Below, piece after piece: positions 23,562 to 34,164 of a DNA stretch of 64,000 nt. Positions within the stretch are counted from its first letter, which is position 1. Each line of letters opens with the position of its first letter. The stretch is from contig CAWBMS010000011.1 in the NCBI GenBank assembly GCA_963790045.1, forward strand, positions 260,715 through 324,714. The letters are read 5' to 3'. The notes under the pieces are model-generated. The model was given only the letters and a program-made list of their open reading frames with translations. It searched no databases and was not told the DNA's origin. A program made the translations under genes and the position numbers. This DNA is from Ignavibacteriota bacterium. Lineage in GTDB: Bacteria; Bacteroidota; Ignavibacteria; UBA10030.

Positions 23562-25805
23562 GTGCAGATAAAATTTCTTCAAGACCTTAACGTAGTTCAA
23601 CAAGAAGCGGTGCAGGCAGCGAACGGCCCGGTGATGATAATCGCCGGTGCCGGCAGCGGTAAAACGCGCGTATTGACGTATCGCATTGCCTATCTACTTT
23701 CGTGTGGTGTGCCGCCATACCAAATTCTTGCGCTGACATTTACCAACAAAGCCGCCAATGAAATGAAAAATCGTATTTCGGTTTTGGCGGGCGAGCAAGC
23801 ACGCGATCTGTGGATGGGAACATTCCATTCTGTGTTTGCCCGCGTGCTGCGGAAAGAATGTAAGCATCTCAATTTCACATCATCATTCACGATTTATGAT
23901 TCGGATGATTCGTTGAATGTGATAAAAAAAGTGATGTCGAAATTGAATCTCTCCACGCAGCAATTTGCTCCGCAAGCCGTGCGTGCCCGCATCAGCATGG
24001 CAAAAAATCAATATCTTTCGCCCGATAAATTTTCTGCTTCAGCGCATGATTTTTTTGACGAAAAAGTTGCTTCGGTCTATGAAGAATATCAAAAGACCTT
24101 ACTGCAAAGCAACGCCATGGATTTTGATGACTTGCTGATGAAACCGGTGGAGTTGTTCGAAAAAAAGAAAGATGTGCTGGAAAAATATCAACAGCGATTT
24201 AAATTTATTTTGGTGGATGAATTTCAGGATACGAACAGCACGCAATACCGCATGGTGAAACTGCTCGGCAGCGCGCATAATAATATTGCCGTGGTCGGCG
24301 ATGATGCGCAGAGTATTTATTCGTTTCGCGGCGCAGACATCCGTAACATTCTCGACTTCGAAAAAGATTTCCCGGAATGCAAAACATTCCGGTTAGAACA
24401 AAATTATCGTTCGACAAAATCGATTATCTCTGTCGCCGATAAATTGATTCGCTTTAACAAAGAGCAGATACAGAAACATCTCTGGACGGACAATTCCGAA
24501 GGCGATCCGATCAGTGTGATTGAATGTGTGGATGACCGCGAAGAAGGTGGACAGATTGTGCATGCGATTCAGCAAGAAAGCCACAAGCGAAATCTCAATT
24601 TAAAAGATTTTGCCGTGTTGTACCGCACCAACGCACAATCGCGTGCGATAGAAGATGCCTTTCGGCGCAGTGCGATACCGTAAATGATTGTCGGCGGCAT
24701 CCGGTTCTACGAACGGAAAGAAATTAAAGATGTGCTCGCGTATTGGCGATTGATGGCGAATCCTTCCGATGCGGAAAGTTTATTGCGCATTATCAATTAT
24801 CCTGCACGCGGCATCGGTGATACCAGCTTAGAATACCTGCGAAGATTTTCTGTTGAAAAAAAATTGTCTCTGTTCGACGCGCTTGACAGAGTAGATGACG
24901 TTGTTGAGTTGACTGAACGTGCGAAAGCAAATTTCAAACAGTTCAAAACGTTGATCGAAAAATATCGTTCGCTTCGTCCACAGATGTCGCTGAGCGAATG
25001 GACGCGTTCGTTGGTCGATGACCTTGGCATTCTCTTGATGTTCAAAGAAGAACGAACCGCTGAATCGATGAACCGCTGGGAAAACGTGCAGGAATTACTT
25101 TCCGCCATCACGGAATACAGCCACGAACATCAAGATGCAACGCTGGAATCGTTCCTGGAAGAAGTTGCACTCGTTGCCGACATCGATCAATGGGAAGGCG
25201 AAAAAAATGCCGTAACACTGATGACGCTGCATGCAAGCAAAGGTCTGGAATTTTCTGTTGTGTTCATCGCCGGATTGGAAGAAGGGTTGCTGCCGTTTTA
25301 TTCCAGCACCAGCGAATCTGCCGATGTGGAAGAAGAACGCCGTTTGATGTATGTCGGTATTACGCGCGCCGAACAAAAATTATACATCACACATACACGC
25401 ATGCGGTACCGTTTCGGCGATGTAACCTATCCCAGCGAATCGCGATTTCTTTCCGAACTTGGCACTGCACACATCGAAAAAATCGGGACACATCCTGTTC
25501 ATAAACAACCGGCAGCATCGCTGTTTGCCTTCGACACTTCGAGAAAAAACAACAGTACGCCTGTTCACCGAACAGCGTTGAATGATGATGCGTTTGTCGG
25601 CGATACGATGCCGGATTACGAATCCGAATCGCAAGAACAACGACTGACGTTGAAACGCGGTATTGCAGTTCAACATGAACAATTTGGAAAAGGAAAAGTT
25701 ATCGAAGTGAACGGTGCAGGTGAAGCACAAAAAGTTGTTGTTCGGTTTGATGGCTGCGGTTTAAAAACACTCATTGCGAAGTACGCAAAACTTCGTCCGG
25801 CATAA
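23562..25805 (+). CDS. pcrA: UvrD/PcrA DNA helicase, interrupted by an in-frame TAA at 24681-24683
   Basis: AGAGSGKT, DEFQDTN, LEQNYRS, TLHASKGLEF and EEERRLMYVGITRA motifs; both halves are in the same frame, with IP*MIVGG where IPY is expected. Confidence 0.93.
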
Positions 25806-25818
25806 AAAGGAATTTTGT

Positions 25819-26094
25819 ATGACCAAAGAACAGCAAATTAAAGAACTGACGGTTATTCCTGGCGTCGGAAAATCGATCGCCCAGAATTTTTGGAACATCG
25901 GGATCAAAAAAGTGTCAGATTTGCAAGGCAAGAAGCCGGAACAATTATATAAAAAGCTGGAAGCGTTTGAAGGTGGTCATCAAGACCGGTGCGTGTTATA
26001 TGTCTTTCGATGTGCTGTCTATTTTGCAGAGACCGAGGGAAAGATACGCGATACGGAAAAACTCAAATGGTGGAATTGGAAAGATAAAAAGTAA
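25819..26094 (+). CDS. Helix-hairpin-helix protein (Cdd1-like)
   Basis: LTVIPGVGKSIA HhH motif, DRCVLYVFRCAVYFA and WWNWKD. Confidence 0.8.
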   Translation: MTKEQQIKELTVIPGVGKSIAQNFWNIGIKKVSDLQGKKPEQLYKKLEAFEGGHQDRCVLYVFRCAVYFAETEGKIRDTEKLKWWNWKDKK

Positions 26095-26129
26095 AACCTT
26101 CTACTGTTGTTCCCTTCCAAACTCACTTT

Positions 26130-27581
26130 ATGCAAAAACTTCTTGAACTTATCGACATATCCGTTTCATTCGGAACAAACATCGTCCTTCACAATTTGAA
26201 TTTTACGATTCACCACGGTGAACAATGGGCGATTATTGGAAGTTCGGGAAGCGGCAAAACGACATTAGTCCGTGTTCTCGAAGGATCGATCTTTTTTACC
26301 GGCGAAGTTCTTTTTCATTCTTCGAAAACAAATGATCGAAAAGTTTCTCTTGCGCTCATCGAGCAACAGCATCGCTTTAAAAATTATTCTTCATCAGGGG
26401 AATTCTATTATCAACAGCGATTTCATTCCGTCGATGCAGACGATGCAATCACCGTCGAAACATTATTACGCGAATCCAATGAACTTTCCGAAGATGAACG
26501 GCAATATTGGCTGAAGGAATTGCATCTCACTCCGTTATTGCAGATGCCGCTCATTCAATTATCCAACGGCGAAAATAAACGATTGCAAATTGCTCAGGCA
26601 TTACTTAAAAATCCGGACGTCATCATTCTCGACAATCCGTTTATCGGATTGGATGCGGAAGGATGTTTGCGATTGAATGCCATTCTGAAAAGCATTTGTG
26701 ATGCCGGCACACATATCATTTTATTATCATCTCGGAAAACTATTCCCGGCTGTATCACACACGTTGCCGAATTGAGACAAGGAACCATCGTGCGCGCAGT
26801 GCCGAAAGATCAATTCCAAAACGAACAATCTTCTGAATATAAAAGAATCAAGATGCTTCCCGCTACAATTCCCCATGATCTTTTTTATGAAGTCCCATTT
26901 TCAACTGCCGTAAAAATGGTAAACGTTCATGTGCAATATGGTGAGAAGAAAATATTAGACAGCGTGAATTGGGAAGTGAAACGCGGGGAATGCTGGTGCG
27001 TTGCGGGACCAAACGGAGCAGGGAAATCAACATTGTTAAGTCTCATTACGGCAGATAATCCGCAGTCATACGCAAACGAACTATATTTGTTCGATAGACG
27101 ACGCGGCAGCGGTGAAACAATTTGGGATATTAAACGCAATATCGGATTTGTTTCGCCGGAACTGCATCTCTATTTTCCGTATAACGCAATTTGTGATGAT
27201 GTGATTGCTTCCGGATTGTTCGATTCAATCGGCGTCTTCCGAAAAATATCCGATCAAGAACAAAATCAAATCGAGTGGTGGATTGATGCACTGCATTTTC
27301 AAGATGTTCGTTCATCCATGTTATCATCTTTGCCGCTTGGACAACAGCGGATGGTTTTTCTTGCTCGAGCATTAATAAAAAATCCTCCATTACTTATTTT
27401 AGATGAACCATGCCAAGGGTTGGATGAGGAACAAGCCGGATTATTCAAACAACTTGTTGACGATAGTTGCAGAACATTGCATTCGACATTAATTTATGTC
27501 AGTCACGTTGAAAATGATATTCCTTCCTGTGTAACGCATATTCTACGGTTGGAACAAGGAAAAGTCGTTGATGGTAATTGA
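26130..27581 (+). CDS. ModF-like ABC ATP-binding protein (two ABC domains)
   Basis: GSSGSGKT and GPNGAGKS, LSNGE, GSGETIWDIK, LDEPCQG. Confidence 0.88.
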   Translation: MQKLLELIDISVSFGTNIVLHNLNFTIHHGEQWAIIGSSGSGKTTLVRVLEGSIFFTGEVLFHSSKTNDRKVSLALIEQQHRFKNYSSSGEFYYQQRFHSVDADDAITVETLLRESNELSEDERQYWLKELHLTPLLQMPLIQLSNGENKRLQIAQALLKNPDVIILDNPFIGLDAEGCLRLNAILKSICDAGTHIILLSSRKTIPGCITHVAELRQGTIVRAVPKDQFQNEQSSEYKRIKMLPATIPHDLFYEVPFSTAVKMVNVHVQYGEKKILDSVNWEVKRGECWCVAGPNGAGKSTLLSLITADNPQSYANELYLFDRRRGSGETIWDIKRNIGFVSPELHLYFPYNAICDDVIASGLFDSIGVFRKISDQEQNQIEWWIDALHFQDVRSSMLSSLPLGQQRMVFLARALIKNPPLLILDEPCQGLDEEQAGLFKQLVDDSCRTLHSTLIYVSHVENDIPSCVTHILRLEQGKVVDGN

Positions 27582-27625
27582 TTCACTTTGTGTTGTTATG
27601 TACATTCATAGAGTAATAGAAAATA

Positions 27626-28312
27626 ATGGAAAAAGAGAAGAATGCTATGACAATAACCAAACAAGAAATACTAAATGCATTTTTATTTCGGCATGCATGT
27701 AAAGAATTCGATCCCACTAAAAAAATATCGGAAGAGGATTTTCAGTTTATTCTGGAAACAGCGCGGTTATCTCCCAGTTCGTTCGGATTCGAACCATGGA
27801 AATTTATTGTCATTCAGGATAAAACATTGCGAGAAGAATTACGAACGGTTACTTGGGGAGCACAAAAAACGCTGCCGACGGCAAGTCATTATATTGCTGT
27901 GCTTGCACGCACCAAAGCAGATTTGCTTGCCGATTCAGATTATATTCAATCGATGATGCGCGAGACACATCACGTGCCGGAGGAAGCACGGCAACAGCGC
28001 ACGAAGAAGTATGCAAATTTTCTCGAACATGATTTTAACTTATTGGAAAGCGAGCGTGTGATATTCGATTGGGCAGGTAAACAAACATACATTGCACTCG
28101 GTAATATGATGACGGCGGCTGCTCTGATTGGAATCGATTCCTGCCCGATTGAAGGTTTCAATCGCGAAGATGTCGATCGTGTCCTCGATTCAAAAGGATT
28201 GTTAGAAAACGGCAAATATGGAATTTCCTATATGGTTGCTTTCGGTTACCGAATCAATCAGCCGAGAGAAAAAACACGCCAGCCGCTGGAAGCGATTGTA
28301 ACATATTATTGA
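27626..28312 (+). CDS. NAD(P)H-dependent nitroreductase family protein
   Basis: RHACKEFD, SPSSFGFEPW and DSCPIEGF motifs. Confidence 0.92.
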   Translation: MEKEKNAMTITKQEILNAFLFRHACKEFDPTKKISEEDFQFILETARLSPSSFGFEPWKFIVIQDKTLREELRTVTWGAQKTLPTASHYIAVLARTKADLLADSDYIQSMMRETHHVPEEARQQRTKKYANFLEHDFNLLESERVIFDWAGKQTYIALGNMMTAAALIGIDSCPIEGFNREDVDRVLDSKGLLENGKYGISYMVAFGYRINQPREKTRQPLEAIVTYY

Positions 28313-28435
28313 ATAGTTGCTGTTGTTTGCATAGGTAATGGAGTGAATATATCGGATAGCAATAAACGATTTGCTTTTCAAAGCATCAATAGATAAACTA
28401 TGCGTTCAGATATAACTATGTAAGGGAACATTCCA

Positions 28436-29050
28436 ATGAAAAATAAAATTCTTCTTTGCACTCTTTTGTTATTTCCGCTCATCGTATGGTCGCAGCCCAT
28501 TCCGGATGCCGTTGTGATTGTGCATCAAAATACGATTAACGGATTCTTTAATGCCATCGGGCCTGTGAGCGGAACGGAACCGTATAATGTGCTGGGAATG
28601 CATGGCGATTACACATGGACTCTGGAGCATGCCCGCATCGAATTAAAACCGAATCAGGCAAAATTTATTGCGGATGCGCATATTAAGATCGGGCCGCTCT
28701 GGTACGGCTCGGTGGCGAACGGCGATGTGGAGGTAAAATATCATCCCGATAACAACCGTATTTCGATCAAGGTGTTAAAAGCGACGTTTGAAGTGTACAT
28801 CAGCGTTTTCGGCAAGAAAATTCATATTACCGATATTGATGCATCGCGGTTTTATCGTCCGGAGTTTGAATTTGCCGGGCCGCAGCCCATTCAGGCAAGT
28901 ATCGAGGTGGCATTACCCGGCAATAATAAGAAAATGATCTTCATTACACCGTACACGCAATACATGACGATCGAAAAAGAGCGTATCGTTGTGACATCGC
29001 AGTTAAAATTTTCCGATCAACCGCCGGCACCACAGCACGATCATCAATAA
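28436..29050 (+). CDS. Hypothetical secreted protein
   Basis: Signal peptide, beta-rich 204-aa ORF with RBS. Confidence 0.65.
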   Translation: MKNKILLCTLLLFPLIVWSQPIPDAVVIVHQNTINGFFNAIGPVSGTEPYNVLGMHGDYTWTLEHARIELKPNQAKFIADAHIKIGPLWYGSVANGDVEVKYHPDNNRISIKVLKATFEVYISVFGKKIHITDIDASRFYRPEFEFAGPQPIQASIEVALPGNNKKMIFITPYTQYMTIEKERIVVTSQLKFSDQPPAPQHDHQ

Positions 29051-29065
29051 ATTTCTTGAATCCTT

Positions 29066-29431
29066 ATGGCGCATCCTCATTTGGCACTCATTAATAAATT
29101 CTTTGCGGCATATAACCAGCATGATCTTGCCGCGATGCGCGAAGTCATGTCTGATGATGTTAAATGGTTCTTTCCGGGAATACATCCGTTGAGCGGAACG
29201 AAAAATGGAATCCCTGAAGTTGTTGCATTTTTTGATTTGATGGCGGATGGGATGAAAAAATCGTTTGCCAGAGCAGAAAAGTTAGTTGTAGGCAGCAATG
29301 ATGATTATGTGGTCGAAAGCCAGCATATCTGGATGACGGTCGATGGAGTTACATCGGAACATTACTGGTGTGTGCTGTGGAAGTTTGAAAACGGAAAAAT
29401 CGTGGAAGGAAAACATTTCGTGGCGGAATAA
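29066..29431 (+). CDS. SnoaL/NTF2-like protein
   Basis: FFAAYNQHDL...DDVKW..PG.HPLSG...GKIVE. Confidence 0.85.
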   Translation: MAHPHLALINKFFAAYNQHDLAAMREVMSDDVKWFFPGIHPLSGTKNGIPEVVAFFDLMADGMKKSFARAEKLVVGSNDDYVVESQHIWMTVDGVTSEHYWCVLWKFENGKIVEGKHFVAE

Positions 29432-29495
29432 GAAATCCTCTTTCCCAAGAATTATTAAAAGCCGTCTTAAAAATGTTCAATCTTAGAGGTTGCAC

Positions 29496-29565
29496 TGTCA
29501 TGCCCGCATGTTGTAAGCGGGCATCCAGAATTCTGGACTCCCGATAAAAACATTCGGGAGTGACA
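29496..29565. repeat. REP-like double palindrome (TGTCA...TGACA class)
   Basis: TGTCATGCCCGC-N-GCGGGCATCCAG-AATT-CTGGACTCCCG-N-CGGGAGTGACA between convergent genes. Confidence 0.75.
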
Positions 29566-29586
29566 CAGTATTCTTTATTATTATTT

Positions 29587-30708
29587 CTAATTCTTCTTCA
29601 GCACTTTTTCGTAATATTGTTCGTACTGTCCGACAATTTTATCCGATTCAAATTCTTTTGCCCGCTTCCGGGCTGCTTCTGCAAAGAGCTTGTGCTTGAC
29701 TGGATTGGTAAGAAGATCGATCGCATATCGCGCCATCCGGTCGATGTCACCGAATTCAGCAATGAAACCCGTTTCGCCATGCACTTGCAGTTCCGGCAAT
29801 CCGCCGACGCTGGAGGAAATCACCGGCACTTCGCATGCCATGGCTTCCAATGCAGATAATCCAAAACTTTCTGATTGGCTCGGCATAAGAAAAAGATCGG
29901 CAGAAGAAAGTATGGGAACCAACTCTACTTGCTTTCCCAAAAACTTCACACTGTCTTGAATGCCTAATTCCCGCGAGAGAATCTCGCATTGCGAACGATC
30001 CGGGCCATCGCCGACTAAGATGAGCACGCTGGGGATTTTCTTTTGCACTTCGTTAAAAATGCGGATCACATCCTGCACGCGCTTCACCGGACGGAAATTG
30101 GAGGTATGCAAGAGAATCTTTTTATCTGGAGGTGCAATACTGGGGCAGATGGTGTTCTTGTGCATACGAAAGTATTTTTCCGTATCGATAAAATTCGGTA
30201 TTACTTCAATATCTTTATTGATGCCATAATTCGTCAGTGTCTTCTCTCTTAAAAAACGAGATACAGCGGTGACGCCATCGCTTTGTTCGATGCTGAATTT
30301 TAGAATCGGCAAGAAACTTGGCTCCAATCCCACTAAAGTAATATCCGTGCCGTGCAGTGTAGTAATAATCTTGATTGATTGTTCTTTTAAAATTTGTTGC
30401 GCAAGATATGCACTGGTTGCATGAGGAATAGCGTAGTGGCAGTGCAGCAGATCGAGCTTTTCGTACCGTGCTACTTCCACCATTTTACTGGCAAGTGCAA
30501 GCGTGTAAAGCGGAAACTCAAACACAGGATAATTGGACATTTCCACTTCGTGATACACAATATTTTCTTGATAACCCGTCAGCCGCATCGGCAGGGCATA
30601 GCTGATAAAATGAATGGTATGCCCGCGTTTGGCAAGCGCTTTACCGAGTTCCGTGGCAACAACGCCGCTGCCGCCGTAGGTAGGATAACATGTTACGCCG
30701 ATTTTCAT
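29587..30708 (-). CDS. bshA: N-acetyl-alpha-D-glucosaminyl L-malate synthase
   Basis: MKIGVTCYPTYGGSG, HYAIPHA, TLHGTD, SNFRPVKR and ESFGL motifs. Confidence 0.95.
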   Translation of the reverse strand: MKIGVTCYPTYGGSGVVATELGKALAKRGHTIHFISYALPMRLTGYQENIVYHEVEMSNYPVFEFPLYTLALASKMVEVARYEKLDLLHCHYAIPHATSAYLAQQILKEQSIKIITTLHGTDITLVGLEPSFLPILKFSIEQSDGVTAVSRFLREKTLTNYGINKDIEVIPNFIDTEKYFRMHKNTICPSIAPPDKKILLHTSNFRPVKRVQDVIRIFNEVQKKIPSVLILVGDGPDRSQCEILSRELGIQDSVKFLGKQVELVPILSSADLFLMPSQSESFGLSALEAMACEVPVISSSVGGLPELQVHGETGFIAEFGDIDRMARYAIDLLTNPVKHKLFAEAARKRAKEFESDKIVGQYEQYYEKVLKKN

Positions 30709-30891
30709 ACTCTATCTCCGTGATGCAATAACATAGAAAGAAATGTCCTCAGTTAAAAGTTAATAGTGAGCGGTTCATTGTGAAATTAGGAGTTAGGGTT
30801 GGCTGTTCGTGGTGAGGAACGATACCATAAAGACCTTCTATGTGCTTTACAAAAATAAAAATATGTACGGAGTGTAAAGAAAAACGCAGGG

Positions 30892-31017
30892 CTGGATTCC
30901 CATTAACAACGTATGGGAATGACACCTTGGCCTATTTTGTCATTCCCAGCCGGAGGCATTATATAGAATCGCGCAACGCACGATACATTTTTAAGCTTCC
31001 AGCTATCGGGAATCCAG
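30892..31017. repeat. REP-like element pair of the same family as 29496-29565
   Basis: CTGGATTCCC...GGGAATGAC followed by GTCATTCCC...GGGAATCCAG. Confidence 0.65.
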
Positions 31018-31380
31018 AACAGAGGTACAGATAAAGAAAATAAGCAGTGAAAGAATAATTATAGGGCTGGATGTTCCATCATAAAGATTGCCGGATAGCC
31101 TGGTCACCCAAAGGCGGAATGGTTCGTGATGAGGCACAGTATAAAAAATGAAAAAAGTACTTGACTTTAAAAAAAATTAATAACAACATAGATCAACGAT
31201 TTAAATCCAAACAATAATCAGCAGCAAAATTTCTTTACGGGTAAGGTGGTTATGGAGGATGTTGGGAAAAATTGTATGAAGCACTCCGTTGGCGAGGTGT
31301 CTTCCGTTCGTTATCTCCTTTTGAAAGCAAAAAATATTCGCAAGAGAGAGTTATGTTCGTAAGAACATACGGAGAACAGT

Positions 31381-31854
31381 ATGAAACAGATTTTTATTTT
31401 CACTTTGATATTGATGGCCATCGCCGGATGCAGCAAAACCAGCAACCCCGTATCTCCGCCGAGTGATACTGTTCAATCCGGTAACTTGCAGTTCACATTT
31501 TCCATTCCCCAATCCACTTATGGAACTCGCGACACCCTCGTTGCATCGATGAAAGTATATAATCCAGAGGACACGGCGGTAAGTTTTCATGTCCCTGTGT
31601 GTTGGCCGATAGCTTGGTTTACAGTTGTGGACAGCAGCGGAACGACAAGACTCAGTTATAGCGCACCAAGTGATTTGGGCTGTAATTCCATAGCTATATA
31701 CAAGATTTCTCCGCATCAATCACAACAGATATTTCTGTTACAGGTCGAGTTTCCTATAGTTGCTCTTGATTCAACAAAGAAATTACAAAGTTCATACGTC
31801 TTGACAGTGAAAAACGTCGTTGGGACATTTTCACTAAAGTTCGCGGTCGATTAA
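31381..31854 (+). CDS. Putative lipoprotein (Ig-like fold, BsuPI-like)
   Basis: Lipobox IAGC; Cys pair in a beta-rich domain. Confidence 0.65.
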   Translation: MKQIFIFTLILMAIAGCSKTSNPVSPPSDTVQSGNLQFTFSIPQSTYGTRDTLVASMKVYNPEDTAVSFHVPVCWPIAWFTVVDSSGTTRLSYSAPSDLGCNSIAIYKISPHQSQQIFLLQVEFPIVALDSTKKLQSSYVLTVKNVVGTFSLKFAVD

Positions 31855-31876
31855 ATTCGTATGATGCCGAACAGAG

Positions 31877-32065
31877 AAATGGCATTGGGAATGAGAGAAA
31901 TGACGTTGGGAACGACACAAATGGTGTTGGGAATGAGAGAAATGACGTGCGGAACGAGAGAAATGGCCTCGGGAAAGAAACAAATGGCGCGGGGAATTGA
32001 ATAATTGCTCTGGCGAAAGGAATAAATGGACTGCCGGAAGGAATAAATGGCGTTGGTTATAGTAT
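31877..32065. repeat. Degenerate 21-bp tandem repeat, 9 units
   Basis: Units start at 31877, 31898, 31919, 31940, 31961, 31982, 32003, 32024 and 32045; consensus approximately AAATGGCGTTGGGAAtGAGAG. Confidence 0.85.
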
Positions 32066-32262
32066 TTTTGACAGAGGGAACGGTATTTTGACGCTGGGAA
32101 TGGAATAAGTGGTGAGCGGAATGGTAGATTGGAGAAAAAAAAGAATAAATGAGGCAGACGGACAATAAAATGTTTATGAGAAGAGAAGAAATAAAAACGA
32201 AATGCATGATAATAAGAATTAGACGCAATGCATATTTCAAACCCTTAAAATAATCTATTCAA

Positions 32263-34161
32263 ATGAACGAACAAAAGATTAAACTTAACTTTTTATCTTT
32301 GACACCGCAGAAGTTTTCATATACTGTATACAGAAAGGAATACGTTCACGCTGATTTATGTGATACCGTCTTTAAATACAGATTGCCAAACAACTTAGGC
32401 GAAGATAAGTTTTGTGACTTTTCGGTTTCATTTGAAGCCAAAGAAGGTTTCAACCAATTTGAATGCAAACAAGACACAAACAAGGATTTAACGCTTAAAG
32501 TTATTCATTATAACTTGACAAATTTAATTCGGAAAAATGGGATTGATTTTTCATTAGGCAATAAATTTTATGATAGGCATATTGATTTTACTTTAAAGAC
32601 GCATACAAAAGGAAAAGAAATAATCAGTTTGAATTCTTATTTCCTCAAACAAGAAAACTTGTATGGTTTTCTTGTTGATTTTTTCTTCAAGGTAAACGAG
32701 GATGAGAAGCTTGATAGGGAAATTCTAAAATTAAGTTTGGCTTTAGGTGGCGATGGTAGGTCAAACAAAAACTACTACTCTGACCATTTCCATAAAATTC
32801 AATCCTTCATCAATACTACCTTAAAACAGATTGACACTTTTAAAATAGGTGAAACAGATTTCAAGATTCACTCTGACTTGCTTGAGCTCAATTCAGGTTC
32901 GTTAAGCAAAAAAGTTTTCAGATTTAAGGAAGACAAAAACGATTTTAACCAATTTAACGGTTTGAGAAAATACGGTCCATACAGCGAAGTAACCCAGTCT
33001 GTGAAATATGCTTTTATTTTTGAAGATAAATACAAATCATTCGCAAATAATTTGTTTTTCAGCTTAATTGGGAAAAGCAATCCAGGAACATTCTCTGGAA
33101 TGACACAATTTTTCGGATTGCCATTCGCGACAGACCTTGTGAAGAGAATTCCTTTGACTAGTTACAGTAAAGAAGCTGTGATGAAGGCGGTTAAGGAGGT
33201 AATTGTTTTTCGTAATGAAAACCATAATGACAAAATCATTGCAATATTTTTAGAACCTGATGGGTTTGATGGTGTTGCCGATGATGTTTCACCATACTAC
33301 AATCTTAAATTCTATCTGACCAAAGAAAATATTCCTGTTCAAGTTGTTAGAGATGACAATTCAAATAACGCAAATGCGTTGAAGTGGAGCACTTCAAATA
33401 TTGGCTTACAAATATTTTCCAAGCTTGGCGGCATTCCTTGGATATTAAAGCCATCCCAAAATCATTGTTTAATTTTGGGTATTGGCTCATCCTATGATAA
33501 AGGAGAAGATGGTTCAATAAAAAAATATTATGCCTATTCGGTTTGCTTAGATTCGACAGGGCTTTACAAAAAATTGGATATACTTGCAGAGGAAGCAACT
33601 AAAGAAAAATATTTAGCAAACCTCGGTGAAAAACTTATTGAGCTTTTTAAAACGCCTGAATACAACCAATACAAGAAATGTGCTTTACACATTTCTGAAT
33701 CTGTAACACATGACGCTGTTACTTCAATTCAATCAGCACTGACAAAAATATCAAGCATTGAATTCAAGGTTTTGAAAATAAATACTCATCACCAGTTTTT
33801 TGGTTACAGTAACCACAATACTTATGTGCCTTACGAAAGCACATACATAAAACTTGCACGGAATGAATACTTGGTTTGGTTTGATGGATTAGTTCCAGGC
33901 AAAGAAAATATTTACCAGAAAGTTGGCAATCCAATTCATATTAAATTCCTGCATTCAGAAAATGTTACACCTGAATATGATTTAGAGTATTTGCAAGATG
34001 CAATTAACCTTTCAGGGGCAAACTGGAGAGGTTTCAATGCAAGGCAAACTCCAATTTCAATTTACTATGCAAAGATTGTCGCTGACTACACAGCGGCTTT
34101 TGCACACTTTGAAGATTATGACAAATCACAATTCTCAAACAATTTACCCTGGTTTCTATAA
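32263..34161 (+). CDS. Prokaryotic Argonaute, catalytically inactive, long-B-like
   Basis: MID 5'-phosphate pocket YYNLK...IPVQVV...QIFSKLGGIPW; PIWI LILGIG, GANWRGFNA...PISIYYA; catalytic Asp positions read GIG and HISE. Confidence 0.88.
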   Translation: MNEQKIKLNFLSLTPQKFSYTVYRKEYVHADLCDTVFKYRLPNNLGEDKFCDFSVSFEAKEGFNQFECKQDTNKDLTLKVIHYNLTNLIRKNGIDFSLGNKFYDRHIDFTLKTHTKGKEIISLNSYFLKQENLYGFLVDFFFKVNEDEKLDREILKLSLALGGDGRSNKNYYSDHFHKIQSFINTTLKQIDTFKIGETDFKIHSDLLELNSGSLSKKVFRFKEDKNDFNQFNGLRKYGPYSEVTQSVKYAFIFEDKYKSFANNLFFSLIGKSNPGTFSGMTQFFGLPFATDLVKRIPLTSYSKEAVMKAVKEVIVFRNENHNDKIIAIFLEPDGFDGVADDVSPYYNLKFYLTKENIPVQVVRDDNSNNANALKWSTSNIGLQIFSKLGGIPWILKPSQNHCLILGIGSSYDKGEDGSIKKYYAYSVCLDSTGLYKKLDILAEEATKEKYLANLGEKLIELFKTPEYNQYKKCALHISESVTHDAVTSIQSALTKISSIEFKVLKINTHHQFFGYSNHNTYVPYESTYIKLARNEYLVWFDGLVPGKENIYQKVGNPIHIKFLHSENVTPEYDLEYLQDAINLSGANWRGFNARQTPISIYYAKIVADYTAAFAHFEDYDKSQFSNNLPWFL

Positions 34162-34164
34162 AAG

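Noticed and set aside
24681-24683. Stop-codon readthrough or alternative genetic code in pcrA
   Set aside because: A single TAA at a Tyr position, while TAA ends many other genes normally; a base error is more likely
31877-32065. CRISPR array
   Set aside because: Units are contiguous 21-mers without unique spacers, and there are no cas genes in the window
31851-32240. 129-aa minus-strand ORF as a confident gene
   Set aside because: Its composition follows from the purine-skewed repeat, and only 22 bp separate it from the divergent pAgo start; kept only as a possibility
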